A model generated the notes under the pieces. That model had not been told where the DNA came from, did not search any database, and was given only the letters and a program-made list of their open reading frames with translations. Shown in pieces: positions 63,224 through 64,000 of a DNA stretch of 64,000 nucleotides. The DNA lies in assembly GCA_035506715.1 (NCBI GenBank), contig DATJOW010000144.1, positions 4,560 to 68,559 of the forward strand, written 5' to 3'. The stretch comes from Candidatus Acidiferrum sp. Lineage in GTDB: Bacteria; Verrucomicrobiota; Verrucomicrobiia; Limisphaerales; UBA11358. The position numbers and the translations under genes are program-made. Numbering within the stretch: the first letter of the stretch is position 1; the number at the start of each line of letters is the position of its first letter.

Positions 63224-64000
63224 ATGAACGAAACACCAGCTCCTGATAGCGGGCGACCCTCGTTAAGCGGCCGGTTCTTCCGCTGGCTGATCCGCCGGCG
63301 GACGCAGAAGCGCGCCTTGATTGGGCTGGCCATCTTCGCCACGCTGGTGGCGATTTTTTACACCGAGGAAAACTGGCGCGGCCAACACGCGTGGGAACGG
63401 TGCAAAGCGGACCTCGAAGCCAAAGGCGCGGTGCTGGATTGGGATAATTACATCCCGCCGCCGGTGCCGGACGACCAGAATTTTTATACCGCCAGCACGA
63501 ACATCGCGGTGAGATTCGTCAAAGCGCAGACTGAAGCTCAAAACGAAGCGGCTTCACATTTGCAATGGCTTCGGCTTGGATCAATTGACCCAGTCATGAT
63601 TGCCGAGGTGACAGTCGTGTCTTCAAATTCGGACGTGGTTCCCAACGGCGCTGATTTATACCTCCGTTATGATCATTCGGTTGTTACCGTCGCAACATCC
63701 CATAAAGATTTTTCTGAAGAGCCGTCTCCTGTTCTCCCAACCATTGAATTGAAGGATGTTCCTTTAAAAGAGGCACTCGAACAATTGTCGCGACAGGCAA
63801 ACCTGAATTACACCAGTAGTTCCGAAATTCAATGGGTGGATTCAAAAGGTAAGCCCATTTTGGTTACTATCCGGTGGGAAAATGTCTCGGCGCGCGAAGC
63901 TTTGTATGCGCTGTTGGAAAATTATGATCTGGCGCTGGTCGAAGATTCCAAAACAGGCACAGCCCGCATTGTTCCCACGAAAGGCGGAATCTATATGGAA
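63224..64000 (+). CDS. Membrane-anchored protein with an N-terminal TEENWRG module and an STN/secretin-N-like segment; the 3' end lies outside the window (not in the ORF track)
   Basis: In my own translation from ATG 63224 the frame is open to base 64000. The sequence reads MNETPAPDSG...LIGLAIFATLVAIFYTEENWRGQHAWERCKADLEAKGAVLDWDNYIPPPVPDDQNF...IELKDVPLKEALEQLSRQANLNY...ARIV. Confidence 0.7.
   Translation, partial: MNETPAPDSGRPSLSGRFFRWLIRRRTQKRALIGLAIFATLVAIFYTEENWRGQHAWERCKADLEAKGAVLDWDNYIPPPVPDDQNFYTASTNIAVRFVKAQTEAQNEAASHLQWLRLGSIDPVMIAEVTVVSSNSDVVPNGADLYLRYDHSVVTVATSHKDFSEEPSPVLPTIELKDVPLKEALEQLSRQANLNYTSSSEIQWVDSKGKPILVTIRWENVSAREALYALLENYDLALVEDSKTGTARIVPTKGGIYME

Overview
This is a high-GC bacterial chromosomal segment. 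Its gene content suggests a Verrucomicrobiota-like (PVC) soil or freshwater organism: three 1,340-1,550-aa PATR (autotransporter-associated beta-strand repeat) proteins without a barrel domain, four ECF sigma factors, a GxxExxY protein, and CAZyme loci without SusC/D. The taxonomy is inference only, because no database search was possible. I can support about 41 protein-coding genes. I found no rRNA, tRNA, CRISPR array, transposase or integrase. Layout: (1) 1-8.2 kb holds a GH2 fragment, giant PATR protein 1, xylA and uxuA. (2) 8.3-11.8 kb is a small, visibly AT-richer accessory patch with a DUF695-like gene, an SGNH esterase plus a displaced 3' gene remnant, a GxxExxY gene bracketed by inverted repeats, a DUF1294 gene and a hairpin-dense gene-free stretch. 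(3) 11.9-19.9 kb is a galactomannan-type CAZyme locus (GH5, 2-epimerase, GH5, GH27, GH2). (4) 20.2-28.4 kb holds giant PATR protein 2 plus a propeller/Y_Y_Y histidine kinase and a LuxR-type response regulator. (5) 28.7-35.6 kb holds pectin side-chain and backbone enzymes (GH51, two PL4 lyases). (6) 35.7-47.3 kb holds housekeeping genes: rho, a single ORF fusing LMW-phosphatase, RpiB and SHMT, an S41-like protein, an acyl-CoA synthetase and purD. These are interleaved with two paralogous ECF sigma factors carrying long membrane-spanning C-terminal extensions. (7) 47.4-52.1 kb is a PL11 lyase fused to PATR repeats. (8) 52.3-59.1 kb holds cydAB, purM, apgM, pgsA and a RodZ-like gene. (9) 59.2-64.0 kb holds two tandem ECF sigma / anti-sigma / membrane-protein cassettes. 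The most interesting observations are the three-enzyme fusion ORF, the membrane-tethered ECF sigma paralogs, and the duplicated sigma/anti-sigma/'TEENWRG' cassettes. Others are a shared C-terminal domain ending in F(F/Y)RL (or FYLI) on four secreted giant proteins or enzymes, a family of 6-7-nt-period repeat hairpins with one copy apparently in frame inside purM, and a GxxExxY gene flanked by about 25-bp inverted repeats. All family assignments come from motif recognition by eye and from memory. Start codons are often uncertain because the ORF track opens at alternative starts.
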